This document shows, piece after piece, positions 16,188 through 23,932 of a stretch of DNA of 32,000 nucleotides. Below the pieces are notes generated by a model, which was not told the DNA's origin, did not search any database, and saw only the letters and a list, made by a program, of their open reading frames with translations. The position numbers were made by a program, and so were the translations under genes. Each line of letters begins with the position of its first letter. The first letter of the stretch is position 1. The stretch covers positions 941,464 to 973,463 of the forward strand of contig NZ_CP040089.1 in NCBI RefSeq assembly GCF_009617975.1, in the 5' to 3' direction. This stretch comes from Candidatus Nanohalobium constans (GTDB lineage: Archaea > Nanohalarchaeota > Nanosalinia > Nanosalinales > Nanosalinaceae).

Positions 16188-17156
16188 TTAGAATGTTCCC
16201 GAAGCCATCAAAGGAACTTTAGACCCTGCTGCCGCAATAGGAACGGCCATGTACCCCAATTTTCTCAATTTATCCATAATCTCCTTGTCGTCTTTGTTTT
16301 GGGCTCTTCCTGCTCTTTCTTTGGTGTTTTCTACATCTTGTAGCCATGCAGGGATTTCATCGCTTTTGTCTGTGGATACTTCGCTTCCTAGGCTTCTGAA
16401 TCCTGCCCAGTACTTTGGTGAAATCGGTACATCGTCTTTGTTGAGTCCTTCCGGCAGATCTTCTTCTGTTTCCGGGTAGCTGTTGATTTCTACTCCTGTG
16501 ATGTCTGGCACCATGTGGAACCAGGATACATCCCATACATCTCTTTCGTCTAGTTGTAGGATGGGGTGTACTCTGATGTGGTCTGGGTCGCTTCTTGGAC
16601 TGTAGAAGTCTTCGTCACCTCTACTTTCGTGTTCGTCCCATCTTACTCCGTTGATCACTGCTTCAATATTGTGGTTTTCAAGCAGTTCGTGCATTGGAAC
16701 TGTTTTGAGAAGGTGGTTTCCTGCTTCTGTATCCATGAGCCATGGTACTTCTTCGTAGTCTCCTACTTCTTCAGCTGCTTCCTGATTTCTGTCGTTGAGT
16801 TCTGCCACAGGTACTTTGTCTCCTGGTTGGTCTGCTTTTTCTATTAGGTCTTCGTTTTTGGCCGTCATTACTTCGAATCCCCAGTTGTCGGCTAGTCTTT
16901 CGACATAGTCTTCGAGTTCGTCGAAGTGTTGTCCGTGGTCTACGAACATGAACTTGGGTTTGTCGAAGCCGTGTTCTTCGCAGACTCTTTTGACAAGCCA
17001 TGCTGTCAGTGTGGAGTCTTTCCCCCCTGTGAATCCGATTACTACATTGTCGGTGTCGTATTCTTCTAGTGCTTGTTTGACGACTTCTTCTCCTGCTCTG
17101 ATTTTAGCTTTTATCGGTGCGTTCTCAATTTCGTCTCGTGTTACAGGTGCTTCCAT
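16188..17156 (-). CDS. PP-loop ATP pyrophosphatase of the PAPS-reductase/CysD family (CysD-like)
   Basis: PP-loop GFTGGKDST. NGVRWDEHESRGDEDFYSPR and IRVHPILQLDERDVWD resemble CysD (GARRDEEKSRAKERxxSFR, RVFPLSNWTExDIW). ERAGRAQNKDDKEIMDKLRKLGYM resembles the CysD C-terminus (ERxGR..DRD...GYF). It has no CysH-type ECG[IL]H motif. ATG 17156 is preferred over TTG 17168. Confidence 0.8.
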   Translation of the reverse strand: MEAPVTRDEIENAPIKAKIRAGEEVVKQALEEYDTDNVVIGFTGGKDSTLTAWLVKRVCEEHGFDKPKFMFVDHGQHFDELEDYVERLADNWGFEVMTAKNEDLIEKADQPGDKVPVAELNDRNQEAAEEVGDYEEVPWLMDTEAGNHLLKTVPMHELLENHNIEAVINGVRWDEHESRGDEDFYSPRSDPDHIRVHPILQLDERDVWDVSWFHMVPDITGVEINSYPETEEDLPEGLNKDDVPISPKYWAGFRSLGSEVSTDKSDEIPAWLQDVENTKERAGRAQNKDDKEIMDKLRKLGYMAVPIAAAGSKVPLMASGTF

Positions 17157-17174
17157 AGATAGTATCAACTCTGT

Positions 17175-17366
17175 TTATTCTAGATATCCTAATTGTCTCA
17201 GTTTATCCGCGATCTCCTTTGCCTGATCATCGTCAAGCTCCTCTTGCTGGTTCTCTGAATCAGCCAGTTCTCTAAGCTTGTCTTGTACGAATCTTGATAG
17301 ATTGATGTGATTCTCATCGACAAACTCTGCCAAATCCTCAGGCAAAGAAATAGTCTTCCTCGGCAT
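17175..17366 (-). CDS. Ribbon-helix-helix (CopG-like) small DNA-binding protein, first gene of an operon with the CysD-like gene
   Basis: MPRKTISLPEDLAEFVDENHINLSRFVQDKLRE is an RHH pattern (beta strand followed by two helices); 63 aa. The track ORF (to 17618) is an extension that overlaps the flippase gene. A perfect 17-bp palindrome abuts the start codon. Confidence 0.7.
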   Translation of the reverse strand: MPRKTISLPEDLAEFVDENHINLSRFVQDKLRELADSENQQEELDDDQAKEIADKLRQLGYLE

Positions 17367-17367
17367 A

Positions 17368-17384
17368 ATGCATAACTTATGCAT
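17368..17384. promoter_or_regulatory. Perfect 17-bp palindrome ATGCATAA-C-TTATGCAT: putative RHH operator
   Basis: It lies 1 nt upstream of the RHH start codon (17366), between that codon and a TTATTAA box (17390-17396, about 27 nt upstream). Confidence 0.5.
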
Positions 17385-17407
17385 ATTGGTTAATAAGTGG
17401 TTGGTGA

Positions 17408-17420
17408 AGTTTAAACAGTT
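17408..17420 (+). promoter_or_regulatory. AGTTTAAACAGTT box: putative flippase promoter (TATA core 17410-17415)
   Basis: The TTTAAA centre is 28.5 nt upstream of ATG 17441. The 13-mer is 12/13 identical to 27761-27773. Confidence 0.4.
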
Positions 17421-17440
17421 CTTATCTTCAAACTTCAGGT

Positions 17441-18997
17441 ATGGGAGATGCCGATCAAAAAGCATTGAACGCACTGGCAAAGGGTGCTGGCGTGACTGCG
17501 ATAGGGATGGGTATTTCCAAGGTATTGACTTATCTTTACCGGGTTTCAATTGCCCGTTTTGTTGGTCCTGAGGCGTACGGTCAGTTGTCAACTGCTTTGA
17601 TGGTTGTCGGTATTGCAAGCACTGTCGCCTACCTGGCTCTGGGCTCAGGTTTGAAGAAGTTTATACCAGAATTCAGAAGTAGAGATGATTTTGCAAGTAT
17701 TAAGGGCATAGTTATCAGTGCACTCCAGTTAACCGTTCCTGTATCTATAATCATTTTCCTGGCAGTGTTCTTCGGAGCAGAGTTCATCGCTGTAACTATT
17801 TTTGAAAACCCGAAACTAGTTCCTCTCATAAAGATTCTATCGTTCACTATACCTGCAGGAACCCTTTCCAGACTCTTCTTCGATACAACACTGGGATTCA
17901 ACAAGATAATTTACAAGACCGGGACAGTCAGGATATTTCAAAACATTGTTCAGCTTGGGACAACCCTGATACTTCTTTTAATGGGTTTTAAAGTAGTGAG
18001 TGCTGCTTATGGCTGGTTACTGGGAACCGTAGTTGCTGCCATTCTCGGTTTCTACTTTATGGAGAAAAAAGTAGGTCCAATACTTTTCTCCAAGACTAAA
18101 CCCTCCTATCACCGAAAAAAGCTGCTCAGATTTTCCACCCCACTGCTACTCTCAGGAATAATAGGAACACTGCTCGGCTGGGCAGACACAGGACTGCTAC
18201 AATACTTCATGGAAGACCTTGAAGTAGGACTGTACAACGCAGCCCTGCCTACCGCCATACTGATACTTCTGCCTCACAAAGCAATTGGAAGCCTGGCAAT
18301 CACTTCATTCTCCGAGCTAAAGGAAAGAGACAAAGAAAGCGTAGAGAGCTCCATACAAAGAGCCACATACTGGGTTTTCTCACTTGTATTCCCTACCTTC
18401 CTCATAATGCTCCTATTCTCAGACAAAATACTGCAAATACTCTGGGGATCAGAATACACACAAGCCTCAATAGCACTCTCAATTCTAGCAACAGGATACC
18501 TAATAGACGCCCTAGTAGGCAGAGTAGGAAGCCTCCTCCAATCAGAAGGACACACAAAATACATACTATACAACAACACAGCAGCACTAACACTCAACAT
18601 CATACTCAACATCATACTAATACCTCCATACGGAATAGCTGGAGCAGCAATCGCCACAGCAACCTCCACCATACTAACCAACGTATTAATGTACATCGAA
18701 GTCCGGAAAAAAGAAGGAATAAACAGCATACCCCACAAAAAAATCTCAAAAATAGTACTAACCGGACTAATACCACTATCAATCATAATAACACTAGACA
18801 CAATACTCTTCACAAACACACCATACTGGTTCCTGATCCCAGCAGGAACAACCTACATTACAACCTACATCCTCCTATTCCTCAAAACAATAGGACTTGG
18901 AGAAGAAGAAAAAGAAGTATTTCTCAGGATAGGAGAGATCACAGGAACAAAAGATAAGGTTAAAAAAATACTGGCAACCATAGAGAGAAGAATTTAA
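17441..18997 (+). CDS. Oligosaccharide flippase, MOP/Wzx family (AglR-like)
   Basis: 518 aa with about 14 TM segments, the polysaccharide-biosynthesis-protein architecture and the glycosylation context. A TTTAAA box lies about 28 nt upstream. Confidence 0.8.
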   Translation: MGDADQKALNALAKGAGVTAIGMGISKVLTYLYRVSIARFVGPEAYGQLSTALMVVGIASTVAYLALGSGLKKFIPEFRSRDDFASIKGIVISALQLTVPVSIIIFLAVFFGAEFIAVTIFENPKLVPLIKILSFTIPAGTLSRLFFDTTLGFNKIIYKTGTVRIFQNIVQLGTTLILLLMGFKVVSAAYGWLLGTVVAAILGFYFMEKKVGPILFSKTKPSYHRKKLLRFSTPLLLSGIIGTLLGWADTGLLQYFMEDLEVGLYNAALPTAILILLPHKAIGSLAITSFSELKERDKESVESSIQRATYWVFSLVFPTFLIMLLFSDKILQILWGSEYTQASIALSILATGYLIDALVGRVGSLLQSEGHTKYILYNNTAALTLNIILNIILIPPYGIAGAAIATATSTILTNVLMYIEVRKKEGINSIPHKKISKIVLTGLIPLSIIITLDTILFTNTPYWFLIPAGTTYITTYILLFLKTIGLGEEEKEVFLRIGEITGTKDKVKKILATIERRI

Positions 18998-19722
18998 TCC
19001 CTTAAATCATACTCTCTGTTGGCTTCTCTCAGTCTTTCTGGAGTTCCAACATCTATTCGTGAACCTTGGATTTCATCATATCCCACTTTGTAACCATTTT
19101 CTCTCATCAAGTCTATTGCGTCGGTTAATTGGTACTCATCGCCTTTACCCTTCTCTATATTATCTATAGCCTCGAAGATTTGAGGTCCGAAGACATACAT
19201 ACCTGAGATACACAGATCAGAAGGTGCTTCATCAGCAGACGGCTTCTCAACCATTCCCTCCACCAAGTTATCATCTCCAGGTTCTAGGACGCCATAAGAA
19301 GTCACATCATCTGGCTTGAAAGCTCCGATGGTTGCGTCCATGCTGTTGTGTTTGTGGAACTTGACCAGCTCATTCATAGCCTTCTTATCATCAACATAGT
19401 TGTCTCCCAGAACCACTGCAAAATGTTCATCATTGATTACATGTTCTCCAGCTTTTACTGCTCCAGCTAGACCATTTCTGTCATCCTGAACCACATAAGT
19501 CAACTGTACGCCGTAATCATCACCAGATCCTAAGTAGTCTAGGATTGCGTGCTGTTTCCAGCCAACCACAATTACAATTTCTTCAATACCTGCTTCCTTC
19601 ATATCCTCAATACAGTGTTCGATCACTGCTTTTTCCCCTACAGGAAGAAGTTCCTTCGGATAAGCGTTCGTGAACGGCTCCATTCTAGTGCCTTTCCCAG
19701 CTGCCGGAATCAATCCTTTCAT
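18994..19722 (-). CDS. Sugar-1-phosphate nucleotidyltransferase (glucose-1-P uridylyl/thymidylyltransferase, AglF-like)
   Basis: MKGLIPAAGKGTRMEPFTNAYPKELLPV is the canonical G-x-G-T-R NTP-transferase N-terminus; 242 aa. It is divergent from the UDP-glucose dehydrogenase gene. Confidence 0.88.
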   Translation of the reverse strand: MKGLIPAAGKGTRMEPFTNAYPKELLPVGEKAVIEHCIEDMKEAGIEEIVIVVGWKQHAILDYLGSGDDYGVQLTYVVQDDRNGLAGAVKAGEHVINDEHFAVVLGDNYVDDKKAMNELVKFHKHNSMDATIGAFKPDDVTSYGVLEPGDDNLVEGMVEKPSADEAPSDLCISGMYVFGPQIFEAIDNIEKGKGDEYQLTDAIDLMRENGYKVGYDEIQGSRIDVGTPERLREANREYDLRD

Positions 19723-19747
19723 GATAATACCACATATTACCGATATC

Positions 19748-19753
19748 TTTTAT
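19748..19753. promoter_or_regulatory. Central AT-rich box (TTTTAT) of the divergent aglF-like / ugd pair
   Basis: The centre is 28.5 nt from ATG 19722 (minus strand) and 26.5 nt from ATG 19777 (plus strand), within a 54-bp intergenic region. Confidence 0.4.
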
Positions 19754-19776
19754 CCTTATCTCGGCAAACAAAAAGT

Positions 19777-21072
19777 ATGCACATCTCAGTCGTAGGAACA
19801 GGCTATGTCGGTTTGCCGGCAGGAACAGGATTGGCATCCAGAGGAAACCAAGTCACATGTATAGATATAGACGAAGAAAAAGTAGAGAAGATCAACAATG
19901 GAGACTGTCCAATCTACGAAGAAGATCTTCCAGAATTACTTGAAGAGATGGTTTCTCAAGGAAAACTTTCTGCTACTACAAACACTGCTGAAGCTGTAGC
20001 CGACTCAGATATTACTTTTCTGGCTGTCGGAACGCCGATGAACAATGATGGAAGCATAAATCTAGAGTATATTAAACAGGCTGCTGAAGACGCAGCAGAA
20101 GGAATAAAGGAAAAAGACGGATACCACGTATTCGTCGTTAAATCTACTGTAGTTCCTACAACGACCGAAGAAGAAATAATCCCTATACTAGAAGTAGTTT
20201 CCGGCAAAAAAGCCGGTGAAGACTTCGGGGTATGCATGAACCCGGAATTCCTGAGAGAAGGAACCGCACTAAACGACTTCCTAGAACCAGACAGAATAGT
20301 AATCGGCGAACTAGATGAGAAATCCGGAGACACACTGGAGAAAGTATACTCGGAATTTGATGCACCAATTATGAGAACTTCTCTGAAGGCGGCCGAACTG
20401 ATTAAATATGCTTCCAACTCTCTGCTAGCAACTAAAATTTCATTTATCAACGAGATCGGCAACCTGTGTAAAGAACTTGGTATAGATGTCTACGAAGTAG
20501 CAGACGGAGTTGGAATGGATCACAGAGTCAAAAGAGACTTCCTAGACTCGGGGGCCGGCTTCGGCGGGAGTTGTTTCCCAAAAGATGTGAGAGCACTTGC
20601 TTCATTTATGGAAGATCAAGGAGAAGAACCACGTATACTTGAAGATACAATCTCCGTCAACGAAGACCAGAAAACCAAACTAGTCGAACAGCTCGAAGAC
20701 CACTACCCTGACCTCTCAGGAAAGAAGATCGCAGTATTAGGCCTCTCATTTAAGCCTGGGACTGATGATATCAGACAAAGTCCAGCAATCGATATCATCT
20801 CAGAACTGAAAGAACTCGGAGCACAAATCAAGGCCTATGATCCAAAAGCGATCGAAAACATGAAAGAAAAACATCCGGATGTAGAATACACCTCCAGCTA
20901 CGAAGAAGCTCTGGAAGATACAGACGCAGGTCTCATAGTAACAGACTGGGACGAATTCAACGCCATCGATCGTGGAGACCTACAGACCATGAACAAAGCC
21001 TTACTGCTTGAAGGTCGCAGAATGAGCTACGATGTAGATGAAGAAAACAGAGAGGGTATTACATGGCCATGA
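19777..21072 (+). CDS. ugd: UDP-glucose 6-dehydrogenase (AglM/Ugd-like)
   Basis: MHISVVGTGYVGLPAG NAD-binding motif and catalytic GFGGSCFPKD motif; 431 aa from ATG 19777. The track start at 19549 is an extension that is antisense to the neighbouring gene. Confidence 0.92.
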   Translation: MHISVVGTGYVGLPAGTGLASRGNQVTCIDIDEEKVEKINNGDCPIYEEDLPELLEEMVSQGKLSATTNTAEAVADSDITFLAVGTPMNNDGSINLEYIKQAAEDAAEGIKEKDGYHVFVVKSTVVPTTTEEEIIPILEVVSGKKAGEDFGVCMNPEFLREGTALNDFLEPDRIVIGELDEKSGDTLEKVYSEFDAPIMRTSLKAAELIKYASNSLLATKISFINEIGNLCKELGIDVYEVADGVGMDHRVKRDFLDSGAGFGGSCFPKDVRALASFMEDQGEEPRILEDTISVNEDQKTKLVEQLEDHYPDLSGKKIAVLGLSFKPGTDDIRQSPAIDIISELKELGAQIKAYDPKAIENMKEKHPDVEYTSSYEEALEDTDAGLIVTDWDEFNAIDRGDLQTMNKALLLEGRRMSYDVDEENREGITWP

Positions 21073-21926
21073 GCGAAAACTCTGTACTAGTAATCGCTTT
21101 TGACGGTCTTGACAAAGAACTGATAGAGGAGTTTGATTTAGAGCATGTGAAGCAGGAAGAATACGGCTCTATAGATAACAAGACTGGAATGTCAAGTATA
21201 AAGACTTCAGAACTATTTGCTTCTTTCATAACCGGCAAAACAAGAGAAGAACACGGGATAAAAGGTTTAAAGAAAGAAGAACACTGGCTTCCTTCTTTAA
21301 TACCAAGCAAAGTCGCTCAAAAAGTTAGAGGCGGATATACTGTTAAACAGATTTTAAGAGATATTGCCAAACAAGGCGATAGACAATTCGATAAAAGAGA
21401 TCTAGAGGGCGATAGCATATTCGAAGAAATAGAGAATTCTAAAGCCATGTACGTTCCTGGATATAACCCAAGTCCATTCTGGACTAAACACGGAACAGGA
21501 AGAGATCTCAGAGACTTAAGCATGGAGAAAAGGCCTTGGGGTTACTTTTGGGACGCACATGAACATACCAGACGAAAGAACGAGATTTTTAGACCAGTGA
21601 ATAAATGGCACGACTTCCTGATGGTTCATATATTCAGGCCTGACATGCATCAGCACTGTTATGGAGATCCTAATTTATCGACTTACGATGAAAATAAACT
21701 GGAAGAGTTATACAAAGATACAGATGACCTAGCCGAGGAAATCTTAGAATACTTCTCCGAAGACTACGATACAATTATTTTTATGTCCGATCATGGTTTG
21801 CCTACGGAGAATGGGCATAACGAAAATGCTTTCTACAGTTCCAATAGAGAGTTATTTGGAGAGGAAGTTCCTAAGATTACGGACTTCTATGATAAGATCT
21901 TGGAGATTCAGGACGCTAGGTTATAG
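21063..21926 (+). CDS. Alkaline-phosphatase-superfamily protein, nucleotide pyrophosphatase/phosphodiesterase (NPP)-like, soluble
   Basis: VLVIAFDGLD (metal-site Asp strand), IKTSELFASFITGKTREEHG (aligns with the NPP TxPxHxSxxTGxxPxxHG motif, with Thr kept) and IIFMSDHG. A second ATG at 21069 forms ATGA with the ugd stop. Confidence 0.65.
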   Translation: MAMSENSVLVIAFDGLDKELIEEFDLEHVKQEEYGSIDNKTGMSSIKTSELFASFITGKTREEHGIKGLKKEEHWLPSLIPSKVAQKVRGGYTVKQILRDIAKQGDRQFDKRDLEGDSIFEEIENSKAMYVPGYNPSPFWTKHGTGRDLRDLSMEKRPWGYFWDAHEHTRRKNEIFRPVNKWHDFLMVHIFRPDMHQHCYGDPNLSTYDENKLEELYKDTDDLAEEILEYFSEDYDTIIFMSDHGLPTENGHNENAFYSSNRELFGEEVPKITDFYDKILEIQDARL

Positions 21927-23103
21927 TTTTTCTGAAGCTCTCCTCTATAACCTCAATATTTTTGGCAATATCATAGTCCTCAACTATTTTTCTTCGAGCC
22001 TCTCCACCCATTTCCTCTCTTGTCTCTTTTGACTGTATAAGTTTGGAGAGTTTCTCGCTTAGTACTTCAGGGTTCTTTGGCTCTGCCAAGAGACCATCTT
22101 TTCCGTCTTCTATCAGTTCCGGTATGGCTGATACAGTGGTTGATACAGAAGGTGTTTCTAAAGCCATTGCTTCTTTGAGAACCATCGGCATAGCGTCGAG
22201 ATCACCGCTCTCTGCTTCTACGCATGGGAGGATGAAGGCCTTTGCTTCTTCTATCTGTTTCTTTAGTTCTTGGTCGGAGATATAGCCCATGAAGTTGATA
22301 TCCTCTCTTACTCCAAGCTCCTCCGATAGTTGTTTGAGTTCGTTTTCGAGTTCTCCCTCTCCAATAATAGTGTACTCGAGTTCTGGATAGTCTTCTTTCA
22401 ACTCTGCGAAGGCCTTTATTCCATATTTGAATCCTTTTTTCTCTACAAGCCGGCCTACAGAGACTATCTTGTTTTTCTCTTTAAGGCCTTTAGGTTCGAA
22501 CTTTTCAGGTCTTATAGATACGGGCACTATATCAATAGATTTTTCAAGCGAGAATTCTTCTCTGAGATAGTTTCTGTTGTACTCTGAAACTGTGACTATC
22601 TTTTGAGGATATCGTAGTAATTTGCTGCCTTGTTCTTTTCTTCCCTTCTTGAATATATCTGCGGCGTGTACCTCAATAACCCAAGGTACAGAATAAATCG
22701 AAGAAAGGTGTTCTACAGAATATTTATTGTTATGGGCAAAATGAGTCATTAAAATGTCTGGATCATAATCTGAGCCATCCAAAATTTTGCTCATCTGTTT
22801 GGTACGATAGAGATTCTTTATCTTCTCTTTAATCATCGTTTCCGTTTTTGGCAAGCTAACTAGCGCCTTTACATCTTTTTTAGTTGTAGGTAGAGCTTTA
22901 TAGATACTCTTCTTTCTTATAGAATCTATATAATGAACTTCTGCTGCTATGTTAGACAGTTCATCGTGTTCAATATCCTCTTCGGGATTATTGAAGGCAA
23001 TAATTTTTATCCGATGACCTCTCTTCTCTAACTGATAAATTTCATTTAGAATAAAGGTCTCTGAAACTTTTGGGAAGTTACCGAGAATATATAGTATCTT
23101 CAT
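21916..23103 (-). CDS. Glycosyltransferase family 4 (GT-B, Glycos_transf_1)
   Basis: The C-terminal EAESGDLDAMPMVLKEAMALETPSVSTTVSAIPELIEDGKDGLL is the E-x7-E retaining GT4 signature; 395 aa. Confidence 0.9.
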   Translation of the reverse strand: MKILYILGNFPKVSETFILNEIYQLEKRGHRIKIIAFNNPEEDIEHDELSNIAAEVHYIDSIRKKSIYKALPTTKKDVKALVSLPKTETMIKEKIKNLYRTKQMSKILDGSDYDPDILMTHFAHNNKYSVEHLSSIYSVPWVIEVHAADIFKKGRKEQGSKLLRYPQKIVTVSEYNRNYLREEFSLEKSIDIVPVSIRPEKFEPKGLKEKNKIVSVGRLVEKKGFKYGIKAFAELKEDYPELEYTIIGEGELENELKQLSEELGVREDINFMGYISDQELKKQIEEAKAFILPCVEAESGDLDAMPMVLKEAMALETPSVSTTVSAIPELIEDGKDGLLAEPKNPEVLSEKLSKLIQSKETREEMGGEARRKIVEDYDIAKNIEVIEESFRKTIT

Positions 23104-23927
23104 TTTTTCAAACCTTTAATTTTCTCAATTGTTCTTTCAATAGTTTCTTTTATACCATACCACTTTAGCGCGGAATATAGTTTATCCCAAGACCTTGGGT
23201 TGATTTTTTTGATTTTTAGATTATTTCTTTTGAGATAATGGACTCTTGAACTTGTTTTATTGTTGAGTTGTTTTTGAGCTTTTTCTGGCATTACTGTGAA
23301 TCTGTACCCTATTGTATCAAATTTGTCTAGTCTTCCGTGTAGTATTTTTGCCTCGTTGTAGAGGTATCCTGGTATTCCGAATCTGCAGTTGTATTCAGAG
23401 GGTATTGTTGTAAAGTCTACATCGGAGTAATATAGGGCTTTCCTGAATACTGGTTGGTCTCTGTGGCTTTCGTATGACCGGTCTTCATATAGTTCTTTCC
23501 AGTCATCGAAGAGCTGTTGAACGTCGTCCGTCTTACGGTAGCTTATCACTCCCGTATTTAGTTCCGAAAATGTTGGTGGAACATCCTCCATCTCTTCTGA
23601 TGCTCTCTGAGGCGCTCTTCTAATCGCTAGCTCAAATTGATTTAGCACATCAAAGAGTTCATTGATCTCGTCTACTACATAGGTGTCAGTATCAAGGTAT
23701 AGTGTTCTATCATAAGGTGTTTTTTCCAATAAGTAAATCTTATCGCTTCCTTTCCCGGGATCATCAACAACTATATTTTCATCAATAAAGTCATACTGCT
23801 TCTCTTCTAAAGTTATTAGAGTTATAGGCACATCATTTGTCTTTTTCAGCTGCTTAGCTGATTTTTCAAATTCTCTAAAGTAGTTTTCTTCAGTGACTAT
23901 ATAGACAACTCCTTCTGAATCTTTCAT
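23100..23927 (-). CDS. GT-A nucleotide-diphospho-sugar transferase, GT8-like
   Basis: YDRTLYLDTDTYVVDEINELF (DxD) and LNTGVISYRK resemble GT8. It has no TM segment; 275 aa. Confidence 0.6.
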   Translation of the reverse strand: MKDSEGVVYIVTEENYFREFEKSAKQLKKTNDVPITLITLEEKQYDFIDENIVVDDPGKGSDKIYLLEKTPYDRTLYLDTDTYVVDEINELFDVLNQFELAIRRAPQRASEEMEDVPPTFSELNTGVISYRKTDDVQQLFDDWKELYEDRSYESHRDQPVFRKALYYSDVDFTTIPSEYNCRFGIPGYLYNEAKILHGRLDKFDTIGYRFTVMPEKAQKQLNNKTSSRVHYLKRNNLKIKKINPRSWDKLYSALKWYGIKETIERTIEKIKGLKK

Positions 23928-23932
23928 TTTTA

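Noticed and set aside
17367-17618. N-terminal 84-codon extension of the RHH ORF (track ORF 17175-17618)
   Set aside because: The extension overlaps the flippase gene and its promoter and has no recognisable fold. The ATG at 17366 has a TATA-like box and an operator at the expected positions.
19549-19776. 76-codon N-terminal extension of ugd
   Set aside because: It is antisense to the nucleotidyltransferase gene. The Rossmann motif begins right after M77 (MHISVVGTGYVG), and an AT-rich box lies 26 nt upstream of ATG 19777.
18274-20462. ORFs 18274-18819, 18402-18593, 19956-20462 and 20183-20368
   Set aside because: They are shadows of the flippase and ugd genes. The strongly skewed composition suppresses stop codons on the opposite strand.
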